From Niveibacterium sp. (GTDB taxonomy: Bacteria > Pseudomonadota > Gammaproteobacteria > Burkholderiales > Rhodocyclaceae), in assembly GCA_031554255.1 (NCBI GenBank), contig JAVBKC010000020.1, forward strand, positions 2,120 through 66,119: 64,000 nucleotides of DNA, read 5' to 3'. Shown here one piece after another: positions 35,400 to 46,513 of this stretch (positions are counted from its first letter, which is position 1; every line of letters begins with the position of its first letter). A program made the position numbers and the translations under genes. The notes below the pieces were generated by a model that saw nothing but the letters and a program-made list of their open reading frames with translations, was not told the DNA's origin and ran no database searches.

Positions 35400-38300
35400 G
35401 CAGAAAAACGGCCGAATGCCTTTTCCCGTTAAATCCTTACGTCATGGCGTGAAACTTACGCTGCTGGCGCAAATCGCATGGCTCCTGCCCCAAGCCGTGC
35501 AGGCGACGCCGCTTGCAATTCCGGACATTCCGCTCTTCGTCTCGCGTCCGGTCGCGCCCATCGTCATGCTGGACGCTTCCCGCGATCATCAGCTTTTCTA
35601 CAAGGCTTATAACGACTACACCGACCTTGACCCCGAGAAGAACGACGGCATCGAGACGACCTACAGGCATTCGTTCGACTATTACGGCTACTTCGATCCC
35701 TACAAATGCTACAGCTACAACGTCGGCGCGAGCCGCTTCGAGCCTGCCGCCACGACCGGCGACAAATATTGCGCGGGTAACTGGAGCGGTAATTTTCTCA
35801 ACTGGCTTGCCATGACGCGTGCCGATGTCATGCGCAAGGTGCTTTTCGGCGGTGCGCGGAGTACCGACACGGCGGGCGAAACCGTGCTCGAACGCGCGAA
35901 CCTGCCGTCCGACGCGCATTCCTGGGTCAAGTTCTACGACGGCTCCGATCTCGCCCGTCTGACGCCGTTCGCAAATGCGAGCGCGAGCGCCAAATCCTTT
36001 GCGACGCAATCGAACCAGGCCGGGACTACGCTTTCGCTGCCGCTTGCCAGCGGTTTCGGCTATATCGGCGATCAAGTCGTCATTACGCTGTCGGCCACGA
36101 GCAAACTCTACGGCGTCATCTCCGCCACAAGTTCGGACAGCGTGACGCTCGATATGCGCGACAACGTCACGCTTGCGCAAGGCGCTTACGCTGCCCTGAA
36201 TCTGTCGCGCAACGGCATTTCCTTTTGCAATACCACGGCGGCCGATAGCGGCCATTCGGAAAACACGACAGCACCGCCCGTGATTCGCATCGCACAGGGC
36301 AATTACGCGCTTTGGTCGGCCAGCGAAAGGCGCCAATGCCAGTGGTCGGAAAAGTACAACGCTACGCAGAACGGTTTTGCGGGCGGCATATTGTCGAACG
36401 GCAACCGCTACGGCGCGGGCAACAGCGTGTTGTCGGAGCTTGCCGCCTCCGCCGAGAATCCCGTCCAGACGAGCGTCGGGCTCAAGCTGGCCGGCATGAC
36501 GGACCCCGATTACGTTGTCCGCGTCAAGGTCTGCGACAGTGCCTTGCTCGGCAGCGAGCGCTGCAAGCTTTACGACGCAGCTTATAAACCTATCGGCCTC
36601 CTGCAAAAGTACGGAGAGGGCGCCAACCCGCGCATTTTCTTCGGCCTGACCACGGGCAGCTTCAAGAAGAATATATCCGGCGGCGTGGTCCGCAAGAACG
36701 CGAATTCGTCGTTGTCTGGAAATACGAGCACGGCAAATGACGAAATCGATCCTGCTACGGGCATCTTCAAATCCGGCTACAACGGCATCATCGGAACGCT
36801 TTCCGCGCTGCGGATTTACGGCTGGGATTACGCCAGTTCGGACTATATCGGCGGGGACAGTTGCAATTATCAGCAGATCGGCATAACGACCAGCGGTGGC
36901 TCCAATGCGCAAGGCCAGCCGGCGCAGGAAGGCAATTGTTCGAGCTGGGGCAATCCGATGTCAGAAATTTATGTCGAATCCCTGCGTTATCTTGCGGGAC
37001 GCGCCAGCACATCCGCATTCGGCTATACCCATTCCGGATCGAAGGACGCCGCCGTCGGACTCGCCGCTCCGGTAAGCTGGGCCGATCCTCTCGATAGTTC
37101 GAACTACTGCGCGCCGCTGAACGTACTCGTCTTCAACGCCAGCGTTTCGTCCTACGACGACGATCAGGCCGCCAGCGCATTTTCATCGGGCACCTCCTGG
37201 GGCGCACTGAACGACTGGACGAACAAGGTCGGCGTCGGCGAGGGCATCAGCGGCGGCGCGAACTACTTCGTCGGCGCCAACGGCGCCGGCTCGGACGGCG
37301 TTTGCACCGCCAAGGCGGTCGGCAATCTTTCCGATGTCTCCGGCATTTGTCCCGAAGCGCCAAGCCTGAAGGGCACCTATGGCATGGCCGGCGCAGCCTA
37401 TTTCGCGCATACGAACCCGATTCGCAGCGCGCTAGGGCCGGCGGGCGACGCCACGTCTTACACGGTGAACACATACGGCGTGTCGCTCGCGACGAGCGTA
37501 CCGCGTATCAACGTCAAGGTCGGAAACCGCAACGTGGTGATTCAGCCGGCATACCGGCTCGATCTGGGCAACGGCAAATATGGCACCGGCACGATCGTCG
37601 ACTTCAAGATCATCAAGCAGGACGCCACCTCGGGCAAGTTCTATGTAAATTGGGAAGACAGCAACCAGGGCGGCGACTACGACCAGGACGTGCTGGGCCT
37701 GATCAGCTACTCCGTCACGGGCTCCGACATCACGGTGACGACCCAGGTTACGTCGGCGTCGACGAACAACCCGCAGGGCCTAGGCTTCATCATTTCCGGC
37801 ACGAACAGGGACGGGCCGCACTTCTATTCGGGGATTTACGACTTTTCGTACACCGACCCCACGCCGCTCGTGGTCACGCCGGCCGGGAAACTCAATGCCT
37901 CCGGCGGCTGCAACGCCTGCACCGACCAGACCGACCGCACGGCGCGTTCGGCCACCTTCAACGCAACGGGCGCAGCAACGGCCGTGGCGCTGCAGGACCC
38001 GCTCTACTACGCCGCGAAATGGGGCGGCTTCGTGGATCTCCATAAAACCGGAAGCCCCGATACGACCGATACCTGGGACGCCAAAAAGGTAGATGGCGCG
38101 CCAGGCGGCGACGGGCAACCCGATAACTACTTTTTCGTCACCAATCCTGGCGCGCTCGAACAAGCGCTCGACACGGCCTTCACCGCGATCGTGAGCGCTT
38201 CGGCGGCATCGGCAGTCGGCGCCAATGCCGCATCGCTGACCAACGGCACCACGATTTACCAGGCGCGGTTCAATCCGCTCAATTGGACCGGCGATCTCGT

Positions 38301-40086
38301 CGCTTACGCGGTGGCCCCGGCAAGCGGCACGCTGACCCAGAAATGGAATGCCCAGACAACCCTTGCTGCGCCCAACCCGGATGCACGCGTCATCCTCACC
38401 GCGCGCGACGACACGCGCGCAGCGACGGCCTTCCGCTGGGCCGATATTTCGGCCGCCCAGCAGGCGAGAATCCGTGGCGGCGACAGCGTTGCGCTCGGAC
38501 AAAACCGGCTGGAGTACCTGCGCGGCAGCAGCGCGAACGAGGGCGGCAGCCCGACTCAATTCCGCCAGCGGCCGATTACGAAACTCGGCGACATCGTGGA
38601 TTCCGGCCCGATCTATGTCGGCACGCCACGAGCGCAATATTCGTCGCCGAACCGTTTTCTGTCCGCCTATCTGAACCCGGAGTATTCGAACTGGCGTGCG
38701 AGCTTGAGCGGGCGCACGCCGATGGTCTACGTCGGCGCCAATGACGGCATGCTGCATGGTTTCGATGCAACCAGCGGGGTTGAAAAGCTGGCCTACGTCC
38801 CATCGCAGGTCTATCCGAATCTGATCAATCTCGCCAGCCAGGCTTACAACGCCAATCATCGTTATTACGTCAATGGCTCGCCGGAAGTGGCCGACGCGAA
38901 ATTTTCCAGCGGTTGGAAGTCCGTGCTCGTAAGTGGCCTGCGCAAAGGCGGAGCGGGCGTGTTCGCGCTCGACGTGTCGCAACCCGCAAACTTTTCCGAG
39001 AGCCGTGCCGCCTCGGTCGGACTCTGGGAATTCACGTCTTCCGACGATCCGGACATCGGTTATGTCTATGGCACGCCGCTGATCGCACGGATGGCCAACG
39101 GCAAATGGGCCGCGATTGTCGGCAATGGCTACAACAGTGCTGGCGAAAAGGCCGCGCTTTTCATCCTCTTTCTGGAAAAGAGCGGCGCAGCCTGGACTGC
39201 CACCGACTACAAAAAAATCGTAGTCGACAGCAAGGGCGCGAACGGCCTTGCCGGCGTGGCCAGCTTCGACGCGAATCTCGATGGCACGCCGGAGGCGCTC
39301 TATGCTGGCGACCTTAAAGGCAATCTATGGAAATTCGACATCTCCGATGCGGACCCGGCGAACTGGAAAGTCGCGCTATCGGGCAACCCGCTCGCAGTCG
39401 CCTGTATCGATACGACAAACCCCTGCCCGAGCGCGAAACGGCAGGCAATCACGGCCACGCCGTCGATCACGCGCCATCCAATCGACATTAATAGCGCAAT
39501 TGTCTATTTCGGGTCCGGCAAGTACATCGAGAACAGCGACGCGGTGCTTGCCGCAGGAAGCCAGGTTCAATCGATGTACGGCGTCTGGGATAAGGACGTG
39601 GCGACGCGGCGCGCCGATTATCTCGTGCAGACGATAACGGCTAGCGGCGCCGAGCGGACGCTCGCGAATATACCGATCGACTGGAGCGTGAACACCGGCT
39701 GGGTCGAAGACCTGCCGGCCACGGGCGAGCGCGTCGTCGGCACGCCCACCGTTCTGAGCGGCATCGTGTTCTACAACACCTTCATCCCCTCGCCCTCGTC
39801 GTGCGATTTCGGCGGCACCGGCTATCTGATGGCGGCGCGTTACGACTATGGCGGTTTACTGCCCGAGGTGTTCGTGGGCAAGGATTCGACGGTCGCGGGC
39901 GTGCCCGTGGGCGGCGCCCTCAACGGCAGCACGATTCTGGCTGCCGGTACCGGCGCCACGACCGCGATTGCCATCTCGAACATCACCAAGCTCGACCCGG
40001 CAGATCCCGCGCCGCCCGCAACGCGCCTGCCACCCGGCGTGCTCTCCGGAACGCGGATCAGTTGGCGCGAAGTGATTCTGCGCTGA
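35389..40086 (+). CDS. pilY1: Type IV pilus tip-associated adhesin/biogenesis factor PilY1 (long form, about 1565 aa)
   Basis: Signal sequence [20 protein letters not shown]-terminal beta-propeller motifs ([26 protein letters not shown]) and a Ca-site-like [24 protein letters not shown]. Operon position between pilX and pilE. Start is 35389 or 35416. Confidence 0.88.
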   Translation: MLTEQKNGRMPFPVKSLRHGVKLTLLAQIAWLLPQAVQATPLAIPDIPLFVSRPVAPIVMLDASRDHQLFYKAYNDYTDLDPEKNDGIETTYRHSFDYYGYFDPYKCYSYNVGASRFEPAATTGDKYCAGNWSGNFLNWLAMTRADVMRKVLFGGARSTDTAGETVLERANLPSDAHSWVKFYDGSDLARLTPFANASASAKSFATQSNQAGTTLSLPLASGFGYIGDQVVITLSATSKLYGVISATSSDSVTLDMRDNVTLAQGAYAALNLSRNGISFCNTTAADSGHSENTTAPPVIRIAQGNYALWSASERRQCQWSEKYNATQNGFAGGILSNGNRYGAGNSVLSELAASAENPVQTSVGLKLAGMTDPDYVVRVKVCDSALLGSERCKLYDAAYKPIGLLQKYGEGANPRIFFGLTTGSFKKNISGGVVRKNANSSLSGNTSTANDEIDPATGIFKSGYNGIIGTLSALRIYGWDYASSDYIGGDSCNYQQIGITTSGGSNAQGQPAQEGNCSSWGNPMSEIYVESLRYLAGRASTSAFGYTHSGSKDAAVGLAAPVSWADPLDSSNYCAPLNVLVFNASVSSYDDDQAASAFSSGTSWGALNDWTNKVGVGEGISGGANYFVGANGAGSDGVCTAKAVGNLSDVSGICPEAPSLKGTYGMAGAAYFAHTNPIRSALGPAGDATSYTVNTYGVSLATSVPRINVKVGNRNVVIQPAYRLDLGNGKYGTGTIVDFKIIKQDATSGKFYVNWEDSNQGGDYDQDVLGLISYSVTGSDITVTTQVTSASTNNPQGLGFIISGTNRDGPHFYSGIYDFSYTDPTPLVVTPAGKLNASGGCNACTDQTDRTARSATFNATGAATAVALQDPLYYAAKWGGFVDLHKTGSPDTTDTWDAKKVDGAPGGDGQPDNYFFVTNPGALEQALDTAFTAIVSASAASAVGANAASLTNGTTIYQARFNPLNWTGDLVAYAVAPASGTLTQKWNAQTTLAAPNPDARVILTARDDTRAATAFRWADISAAQQARIRGGDSVALGQNRLEYLRGSSANEGGSPTQFRQRPITKLGDIVDSGPIYVGTPRAQYSSPNRFLSAYLNPEYSNWRASLSGRTPMVYVGANDGMLHGFDATSGVEKLAYVPSQVYPNLINLASQAYNANHRYYVNGSPEVADAKFSSGWKSVLVSGLRKGGAGVFALDVSQPANFSESRAASVGLWEFTSSDDPDIGYVYGTPLIARMANGKWAAIVGNGYNSAGEKAALFILFLEKSGAAWTATDYKKIVVDSKGANGLAGVASFDANLDGTPEALYAGDLKGNLWKFDISDADPANWKVALSGNPLAVACIDTTNPCPSAKRQAITATPSITRHPIDINSAIVYFGSGKYIENSDAVLAAGSQVQSMYGVWDKDVATRRADYLVQTITASGAERTLANIPIDWSVNTGWVEDLPATGERVVGTPTVLSGIVFYNTFIPSPSSCDFGGTGYLMAARYDYGGLLPEVFVGKDSTVAGVPVGGALNGSTILAAGTGATTAIAISNITKLDPADPAPPATRLPPGVLSGTRISWREVILR

Positions 40087-40096
40087 GGTGCACTCC

Positions 40097-40474
40097 ATGC
40101 AACGCGGATTCACATTGATCGAACTGATGATCGTGGTCGCGATCATTGGCATCCTGATCGCAATCGCCTATCCGAGCTATCAGGATCACATCAAATCGGG
40201 CCACCGTGGCGAGGCCAAGGCCGATCTGGCCGAACTCGCGCAATTCATGGAGCGCTATTACACCGAGAACAACCGGTACGACAGCGCAACGCTGCCTTTC
40301 GCCCAATCGCCACGAAGCGGCGCGGCGCTGTATGCATTGACGCAAACTGCATCCGGCGATCTCTACACGCTGACTGCGACACCGACGGGCAAGATGAGCG
40401 ACGACCGCTGCGGCGCGCTCACGCTGGACCAGGCCGGCGTCAAAGGCGCAGCGCTAACGAGCGGCTGCTGGTGA
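40097..40474 (+). CDS. pilE: Type IV minor pilin PilE
   Basis: Contains [32 protein letters not shown] and a C-terminal Cys pair (DDRCG...SGCW). Confidence 0.88.
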   Translation: MQRGFTLIELMIVVAIIGILIAIAYPSYQDHIKSGHRGEAKADLAELAQFMERYYTENNRYDSATLPFAQSPRSGAALYALTQTASGDLYTLTATPTGKMSDDRCGALTLDQAGVKGAALTSGCW

Positions 40475-41064
40475 TGCACGGCGTTTTCCCGCCGCAGGAT
40501 CAGCGGCTGACATTGGCCTTCGTTCTGTCGGTTGCGGCCCATCTGCTGCTTGTTTTCGCCGGGCCAAGCAGTATGCCGTTCAAGACACCGGACACGCAGG
40601 TCGATACGCTTCGCGTAAGTATTTCGACTATCGAGCAGCCGTTACCCGAGGCGGCCAAAATCCCGCTGCCGCAGAAGGATGGCGCGCAATCGTCGGCCGT
40701 CGCCGCCAGCAATCGCCCATTGGCCCTCCCCGGCCTTGCCGCGCCTTACATCGAAGCGAGCGCGCTGGATCAGCGCCCGCGCTTTGCTGCGCCGCTTCCC
40801 GACGAGCTTCCTTTCGGGCTCGCGGGCGAAGCGACGGGGGCTATACGTTTCGTACTCTATGTTTCAGAACGAGGCGCAATCGACCGCACGGAGACCTCCG
40901 CGCCGGCCGGGCTCGAATACGCGGCGCGCTATGTCGAACAGATCATCCGCGCCAGCCAAATCGTGCCGGGTTCACACAAGGGCATGCCGGCCCGCGCACG
41001 CTGGACGCTGGAATTCGCGTTCGGCCCAGGCACGGGCAGCGCAGTCGAGGATGCACCGCGATAA
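40471..41064 (+). CDS. TonB C-terminal-domain-like membrane-anchored protein
   Basis: N-terminal [21 protein letters not shown], a Pro/Ala-rich linker, and C-terminus [62 protein letters not shown] resembling the TonB-C fold. Start overlaps the pilE stop. Confidence 0.65.
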   Translation: MMHGVFPPQDQRLTLAFVLSVAAHLLLVFAGPSSMPFKTPDTQVDTLRVSISTIEQPLPEAAKIPLPQKDGAQSSAVAASNRPLALPGLAAPYIEASALDQRPRFAAPLPDELPFGLAGEATGAIRFVLYVSERGAIDRTETSAPAGLEYAARYVEQIIRASQIVPGSHKGMPARARWTLEFAFGPGTGSAVEDAPR

Positions 41065-41073
41065 AGACGCCCA

Positions 41074-41997
41074 CTATATGCGGGCGGCTTCGCTATGGCC
41101 CGCGTCCAGCGGCGTCGCGGCGAAAGCCTGCTTGAAGCCATCCACCAGGAGCCGCACGCGCAGGGGAAGCTGACGCCGCTGAGGGAAAACCGCATACACA
41201 CCGATAGGCGGCGCAGCGAAGTCTTCGAGAACGGCCTTGAGCCGGCCGGCCTTGATGTCTTCGCCGACCTCCCAGAACGAGCGCCAGGCAAGCCCCAACC
41301 CCGCGAGCGCCCATTCGTGCAGCACCGCACCATCGTTGCAAACGAGCCGGCCGCCGACCTTCGCGCTGCGCACGCCACCCGGGTATGCAGAATCGGCGAA
41401 CAGCCAGCCGCGCTGCTGGCCCAGCGTCAAACAATTGTGCTGCGCAAGCGCCTCGATGCTTGTCGGCTCGCCCAAGCGCGCGAGATAAGCCGGACTCGCA
41501 ACGACTAGACGGCGGTTCTGGCCGAGCTTGACTGAAACGAGGCTGGAATCCGCAAGCTCGCCAAAACGAATGCCGCAATCGAAACCTTCATTGACCAGAT
41601 CGACGATCCGGTCGGAGAGATCGAGATCGACCGTAACCTCCGGATGCTCATCGAGAAAACGCTGCACCAGCGGCGCAATATGCCGACGTCCGAAGCCGGC
41701 CGGCGCGGTCAACCGGACGTGCCCGCTCGCCTTGATACCGCCTAAGCTCACGGCGGCTTCGGCGTTCGCCAGCTCGTCGAGGATGCGCAGGCTGTCTTCG
41801 AGGAAAGCCGCGCCTTCGTAAGTCAGCGACAGCCGCCGCGTCGTACGCACCAGCAGACGCACGCCGAGGCGCGCTTCGAGCGCATCGAGCCGCCGACTGA
41901 TCACGGCGACCGATACTCCCTCGGCGCGCGCCGCAGCGGAAAGGCTGCCGCGCGAAGCCGCCACGGCAAAACTTTCGATCTCCTTGAAGCGGTCCAT
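41074..41997 (-). CDS. LysR-family transcriptional regulator
   Basis: Contains MDRFKEIESFAVAASRGSLSAAARAEGVSVAVISRRLDALEARLGVRLLVRTTRR plus a substrate-binding domain. Confidence 0.9.
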   Translation of the reverse strand: MDRFKEIESFAVAASRGSLSAAARAEGVSVAVISRRLDALEARLGVRLLVRTTRRLSLTYEGAAFLEDSLRILDELANAEAAVSLGGIKASGHVRLTAPAGFGRRHIAPLVQRFLDEHPEVTVDLDLSDRIVDLVNEGFDCGIRFGELADSSLVSVKLGQNRRLVVASPAYLARLGEPTSIEALAQHNCLTLGQQRGWLFADSAYPGGVRSAKVGGRLVCNDGAVLHEWALAGLGLAWRSFWEVGEDIKAGRLKAVLEDFAAPPIGVYAVFPQRRQLPLRVRLLVDGFKQAFAATPLDAGHSEAARI

Positions 41998-42080
41998 ATT
42001 TGCGATTTAGTCAAAAATAAATTGATTTTCGAGAGGATTCTAATCTCGCAACACATCGAATACAGTGCAAACGTACAACG

Positions 42081-42632
42081 ATGTGTTTAAAAAACTCTTC
42101 ATCTCGGGCAACACAGCACGAAGAATGGCGAAACGCTCCAAGATTATCGTCATGCTCACGGGGGATTATGATTTCGGCGCTCTGCAATAACAGCAATTCA
42201 GTCGCGTTCATTTATCAATACCGAAGTGCTTGCGCGCAGGTTGCCGCATCACTCGATGTGCCGATGGAAAACATTTTGGGTTTGGCTGCACAAGAAAGTC
42301 AGTACGGCACCGGACGCATCGCTCGCGAACTCAACAACTATTTTTCCCTACACGCACCCGCTCCGATGCAGATTGGCGCGGAGTCTCCAAAGGGGAACAC
42401 GAAAATAAAGGTCGCAAAATTTTCTTCATTTCTGCAGTGCGCCCAGTCGTTTGCCGTGCGATATGGAAGCGCGGTACGGGGTAAAAAAGATCCTCTCGAT
42501 TTCGCTCGGGCGCTGGTTCGCGCTGGTTTCAATTCTGGCAACGCATCTAATGGCGGGCGAGCGGGTTTCGACCACTATCTTGCCGGAATCATCAATGCAG
42601 TAAAGGCGCGCGCGACATGCCCCGCGAAATGA
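42081..42632 (+). CDS. Glucosaminidase/muramidase-like protein without a signal peptide (candidate peptidoglycan-hydrolase effector)
   Basis: ACAQVAASLDVPMENILGLAAQESQYGTGRIARELNNYFSLHA resembles the FlgJ-type mannosyl-glycoprotein endo-beta-N-acetylglucosaminidase motif (..P.E.ILAQAALESGWG....N.FGI). AT-rich. Start uncertain (42081 or 42168). Confidence 0.55.
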   Translation: MCLKNSSSRATQHEEWRNAPRLSSCSRGIMISALCNNSNSVAFIYQYRSACAQVAASLDVPMENILGLAAQESQYGTGRIARELNNYFSLHAPAPMQIGAESPKGNTKIKVAKFSSFLQCAQSFAVRYGSAVRGKKDPLDFARALVRAGFNSGNASNGGRAGFDHYLAGIINAVKARATCPAK

Positions 42633-43081
42633 ATCGTTCGTTTGCATTGCTGTTGATGTTTTTCGCCCACGCTGCATTTGCCGCATCATTTTCGCTTGCC
42701 GGCCAGCCGATCGATTCCGCTGGATTGACCCAGACGCAAGCCAGACAGGTGCTAGTGATGGTGCTCAAACACGAGAAATTCAAGATTTCCAGACCCGGGG
42801 TGTTCATCGACGGTGATTTGACTACCCCGGACGGCAAACCACCACACCCGGGATATTACGATTTCAGTGTTGGTTCTGACTCTCCGTCAGCAGGCGCAAC
42901 GGAATACCTGGGCCTGTTTTCGGTAAGCGCCGCAACGGGGGATGTCTGGGAAATAAATCTATGCAGGCGCTACATATTTCCTGATTTGAGCGTTGCACAG
43001 AAAGCAATCATGAAACGGACAGGTAAAACGTTTGAGAGCGAGAAACCCGAACGCCGAGGACTTGGGTGTACCGATGAGTAA
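42629..43081 (+). CDS. Small exported protein (candidate periplasmic immunity protein)
   Basis: Signal peptide MNRSFALLLMFFAHAAFA. The ATG at 42629 overlaps the upstream TGA (ATGA). I recognise no family. Confidence 0.6.
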   Translation: MNRSFALLLMFFAHAAFAASFSLAGQPIDSAGLTQTQARQVLVMVLKHEKFKISRPGVFIDGDLTTPDGKPPHPGYYDFSVGSDSPSAGATEYLGLFSVSAATGDVWEINLCRRYIFPDLSVAQKAIMKRTGKTFESEKPERRGLGCTDE

Positions 43082-43238
43082 TTCTAGGGGCGACGTGCCG
43101 TTGCCCATCTGCTATTGAAGGAGCCGCATGAAACGCCAGAATCAGAAGCCGAACAACTAGGTTTTTTTGCTCACGGCCCTGCTCGAAACAAATACATAGA
43201 CATTTATTGGCCACAAACTTTCAATAGAGGAAAACAAC

Positions 43239-44828
43239 ATGGCCCTGAATCTGCCCGCCGGCATACGGATCGATGCCGCGATCACGCCCGAATTCGAACG
43301 CATCCTGACGCCCGCGGCGCTCGCCTTCGTCGCCAAGCTGCACCGCGCCTTCGACAGCCGCCGCGCAGCCTTGCTGGCCGAGCGCGTCGTGCGCGCGCAG
43401 CGGCTCGATGCCGGCGAGCGGCCGGATTTCCTCGTCGAAACAGCGCATATCCGCAACGGCAACTGGCGGATCGCGCCGATTCCGCCGGCGCTCGAATGTC
43501 GTCGCGTCGAGATCACCGGGCCGGTCGAGCGCAAGATGATCATCAACGCGCTGAACTCGGGTGCGGACAGCTACATGAGCGATTTCGAGGACTCGAATAC
43601 GCCCAACTGGAGCAATCTGATTCAAGGCCAGATCAATCTGTACGACGCGATTCGCCGCCAGATCGATTTCGAAGCCGGCGGCAAGGCATACAAGCTCGCC
43701 GACAAACTCGCCACGCTCGTCGTGCGGCCACGCGGATGGCATCTCGACGAAAAGCACGTGAGCATAGACGGCCAACGCATTTCGGGCGGCATCTTCGATT
43801 TCGCGCTGTTCCTGTTCCACAACGCTCACGAACTGCTCGCGCGCGGCGCCGGCCCGTACTTCTATCTCCCGAAAATGGAATCGCACCTCGAAGCGCGGCT
43901 CTGGAACGACATCTTCTGCTTAGCCCAGGACGAACTCGGCCTGCCGCGCGGCACGATCAAGGCTACGGTGCTGATCGAAACGATCCTGGCCGCCTTCGAG
44001 ATGGACGAAATCCTTTATGAATTGCGCGAGCACTCGGCCGGCCTCAACGCGGGCCGCTGGGACTATATTTTCTCGTGCATCAAGAAGTTCAAGGTCGAGC
44101 GCAATTTCTGCCTCGCCGACCGCGCCAAGATCACGATGACCGTGCCCTTCATGCGCGCCTATGCGCTGCTCTTGCTCAAGACCTGCCACAGGCGCAATGC
44201 GCCGGCGATCGGCGGCATGTCGGCGCTGATTCCGATCAAGAACGATCCGGAGAAAAATGCCGTCGCCATGCAAGGCATCATCAACGACAAGAAGCGCGAC
44301 GCGGGCGACGGCTACGACGGCGGCTGGATCGCGCACCCCGGCCTCGTCGATGCCGCGATGGCCGAGTTCAAGGCCGTGCTCGGCGACAAGCCGAACCAAA
44401 TCGACAGGCAGCGCGACGACATCGTCGTGGCCGCCGCCGATCTGCTGAACTTCCAGCCCGAAGCGCCGATCACCGAAGCGGGTCTGCGCAACAACATCAA
44501 CGTCGGCATTCACTACCTCGGCTCGTGGCTGGCCGGTAACGGCTGTGTGCCCATCCACAATCTGATGGAAGACGCGGCCACAGCCGAAATCTCGCGCTCG
44601 CAAGTCTGGCAATGGATTCGCTCGCCCAAGGGCGTGCTCGACGACGGCCGCAAGATCACGGCCGAACTCGTGCGCGAACTGATCCCGCAGGAACTCGACA
44701 AGGTGCATGGCGTGGTCGGCCCGCACAGCACTAGCTACGCGCGGGCAGCGAAAATCTTCGAAGACATGAGCACGCGCGCGGACTTCACCGAGTTCCTGAC
44801 CTTGCCGCTGTACGAAGAACTCGAATAA
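43239..44828 (+). CDS. aceB: Malate synthase A
   Basis: 529 aa. Contains ECRRVEITGPVERKMIINALNSGADSYMSDFEDSNTPNW, HLDEKH and GGWIAHPG. Confidence 0.95.
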   Translation: MALNLPAGIRIDAAITPEFERILTPAALAFVAKLHRAFDSRRAALLAERVVRAQRLDAGERPDFLVETAHIRNGNWRIAPIPPALECRRVEITGPVERKMIINALNSGADSYMSDFEDSNTPNWSNLIQGQINLYDAIRRQIDFEAGGKAYKLADKLATLVVRPRGWHLDEKHVSIDGQRISGGIFDFALFLFHNAHELLARGAGPYFYLPKMESHLEARLWNDIFCLAQDELGLPRGTIKATVLIETILAAFEMDEILYELREHSAGLNAGRWDYIFSCIKKFKVERNFCLADRAKITMTVPFMRAYALLLLKTCHRRNAPAIGGMSALIPIKNDPEKNAVAMQGIINDKKRDAGDGYDGGWIAHPGLVDAAMAEFKAVLGDKPNQIDRQRDDIVVAAADLLNFQPEAPITEAGLRNNINVGIHYLGSWLAGNGCVPIHNLMEDAATAEISRSQVWQWIRSPKGVLDDGRKITAELVRELIPQELDKVHGVVGPHSTSYARAAKIFEDMSTRADFTEFLTLPLYEELE

Positions 44829-44991
44829 GCATCGCGCGGGCTTGTTCCGGGCAGGATCAAAACTTAGCCTGGAACAAGCCGACTTCCTTGATCCGACGGG
44901 GGTTTCGCGCGGCAGCCGGATGGTAGAATTCTGCGCTTGATTTTCCTTGGCGCATTGCCGCGCCGATGCCCCGTCCGACTCTGGAGTTACG

Positions 44992-46200
44992 ATGACAGCC
45001 TCGCTTTTCGCCGCGGTGGAGATGGCCCCGCGCGACCCGATTCTCGGTCTTAACGAAGCCTTCAACGCCGATACGCGCACGACCAAGGTCAACCTCGGCG
45101 TCGGCGTTTATTTCGATGACAACGGCAAGATTCCGCTGCTCGCCGCCGTCAAGGCTGCCGAGAAAGCGCGGCTCGAAGCGATGCCGCCGCGCGGCTATCA
45201 GCCGATCGAAGGTCTTGCTGCCTATAACAATGCGGTCCAGACGCTACTGCTCGGCAAGGATTCCGCCCTGATCGCCAACGGCCAGGTCGTCACGATCGAG
45301 GCCCTGGGCGGCACCGGCGCGCTCAGAGTCGGCGCCGATTTCCTCAAGCGCGTCGTGCCGCAGGCCACGGTTTACATCTCCGACCCAAGCTGGGAAAACC
45401 ATCGCGCGCTGTTCGAGGCCGCCGGCTTCCCGGTCGAAACCTATCCGTACTACGACGCCGCGACGGGTGGCGTGAACTTCGCCGGCATGCAGGCCAAACT
45501 CGCGAGCCTGCCGTCCGGCGCCATCGTCGTGCTGCACGCCTGCTGTCACAACCCGACCGGCGCGGATCTGTCCGACGCGCAGTGGAACGAAGTCGTCGCG
45601 ACCTGCCAGGCGCGCGGCCTCGTGCCCTTCCTCGACATGGCCTACCAGGGTTTTGCCGACGGCATTGCCGCCGATGCGGTTGCGGTACGCGCGTTCTCGC
45701 AAAGCGGTCTGCAATTCTTCATTTCGAGTTCGTTCTCGAAGTCGTTCTCGCTTTACGGCGAGCGCGTCGGCGCGCTGTCCATCGTCGCGTCGAGCAAGGA
45801 CGAAGCCGGCCGCGTGCTCTCGCAAGTCAAGCGCGTGATCCGCACCAACTACTCGAACCCGCCGACGCATGGCGGGGCCATCGTCGCAGCCGTGCTCGCC
45901 AATCCGGAACTGCGCCAGATGTGGGAAGACGAACTGGCCGGCATGCGCGAGCGCATTCGCCAGATGCGCGCCGGCCTCGCCGAGCGGCTCGCCGCGCGCG
46001 GCGTCGCACGCGATCTGTCGTTCGTCACGCGCCAGCGCGGCATGTTCTCTTACACGGGGCTCTTAGCCACGCAAGTCGAACAGATCAGGACCGAAGCCGG
46101 CATCTATGCGGTATCTACCGGCCGCATCTGCGTTGCGGCGCTCAACAACAAGAACCTCGACTACGTGGCCGACGCACTGGCCAAGGCAATGAAGGGCTGA
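44992..46200 (+). CDS. Aromatic-amino-acid / aspartate aminotransferase (class I)
   Basis: Contains [26 protein letters not shown]...[12 protein letters not shown]...[16 protein letters not shown] (PLP Lys)...RTNYSNPP. Start at MTASLF. Confidence 0.92.
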   Translation: MTASLFAAVEMAPRDPILGLNEAFNADTRTTKVNLGVGVYFDDNGKIPLLAAVKAAEKARLEAMPPRGYQPIEGLAAYNNAVQTLLLGKDSALIANGQVVTIEALGGTGALRVGADFLKRVVPQATVYISDPSWENHRALFEAAGFPVETYPYYDAATGGVNFAGMQAKLASLPSGAIVVLHACCHNPTGADLSDAQWNEVVATCQARGLVPFLDMAYQGFADGIAADAVAVRAFSQSGLQFFISSSFSKSFSLYGERVGALSIVASSKDEAGRVLSQVKRVIRTNYSNPPTHGGAIVAAVLANPELRQMWEDELAGMRERIRQMRAGLAERLAARGVARDLSFVTRQRGMFSYTGLLATQVEQIRTEAGIYAVSTGRICVAALNNKNLDYVADALAKAMKG

Positions 46201-46217
46201 ATTTGCCTCGCCGCATG

Positions 46218-46244
46218 AAAAAACCGGCCTTGCGCCGGTTTTTT
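46218..46244 (+). terminator. Rho-independent terminator after the aminotransferase gene
   Basis: aaaaaaccggc-cttgc-gccggtttttt. Confidence 0.8.
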
Positions 46245-46513
46245 CAAATATCGGTGCCATTTTGTTTGTCACCGAGGTTTGTGAGTTGGACGGCCCGCAC
46301 TGGATCGTTAATTTTCCAACCAAGCAGCACTGGCGTGGCGATTGGAAATTCTCCAGTGGTTTTTCCGCTGTAACACTTTACGGCGGACATTTTTTATAGC
46401 TTAGACGCGCTTTTGGAAAAAAGCGCCAACGCCTCTCTCCCGAAAGCCCGCAGCGCCAGTGCTACACTCGCCGCAGCCCGCGCCGTCAGTGGCCCGAAGC
46501 CCGGAGAGAGAAG

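Noticed and set aside
33598-38982. Several long minus-strand ORFs (33598..34914, 35437..36912, 37780..38982)
   Set aside because: All are antisense to pilW, pilX and pilY1, which have prepilin leaders or propeller motifs. Their translations are Arg/Gly/Ala-rich.
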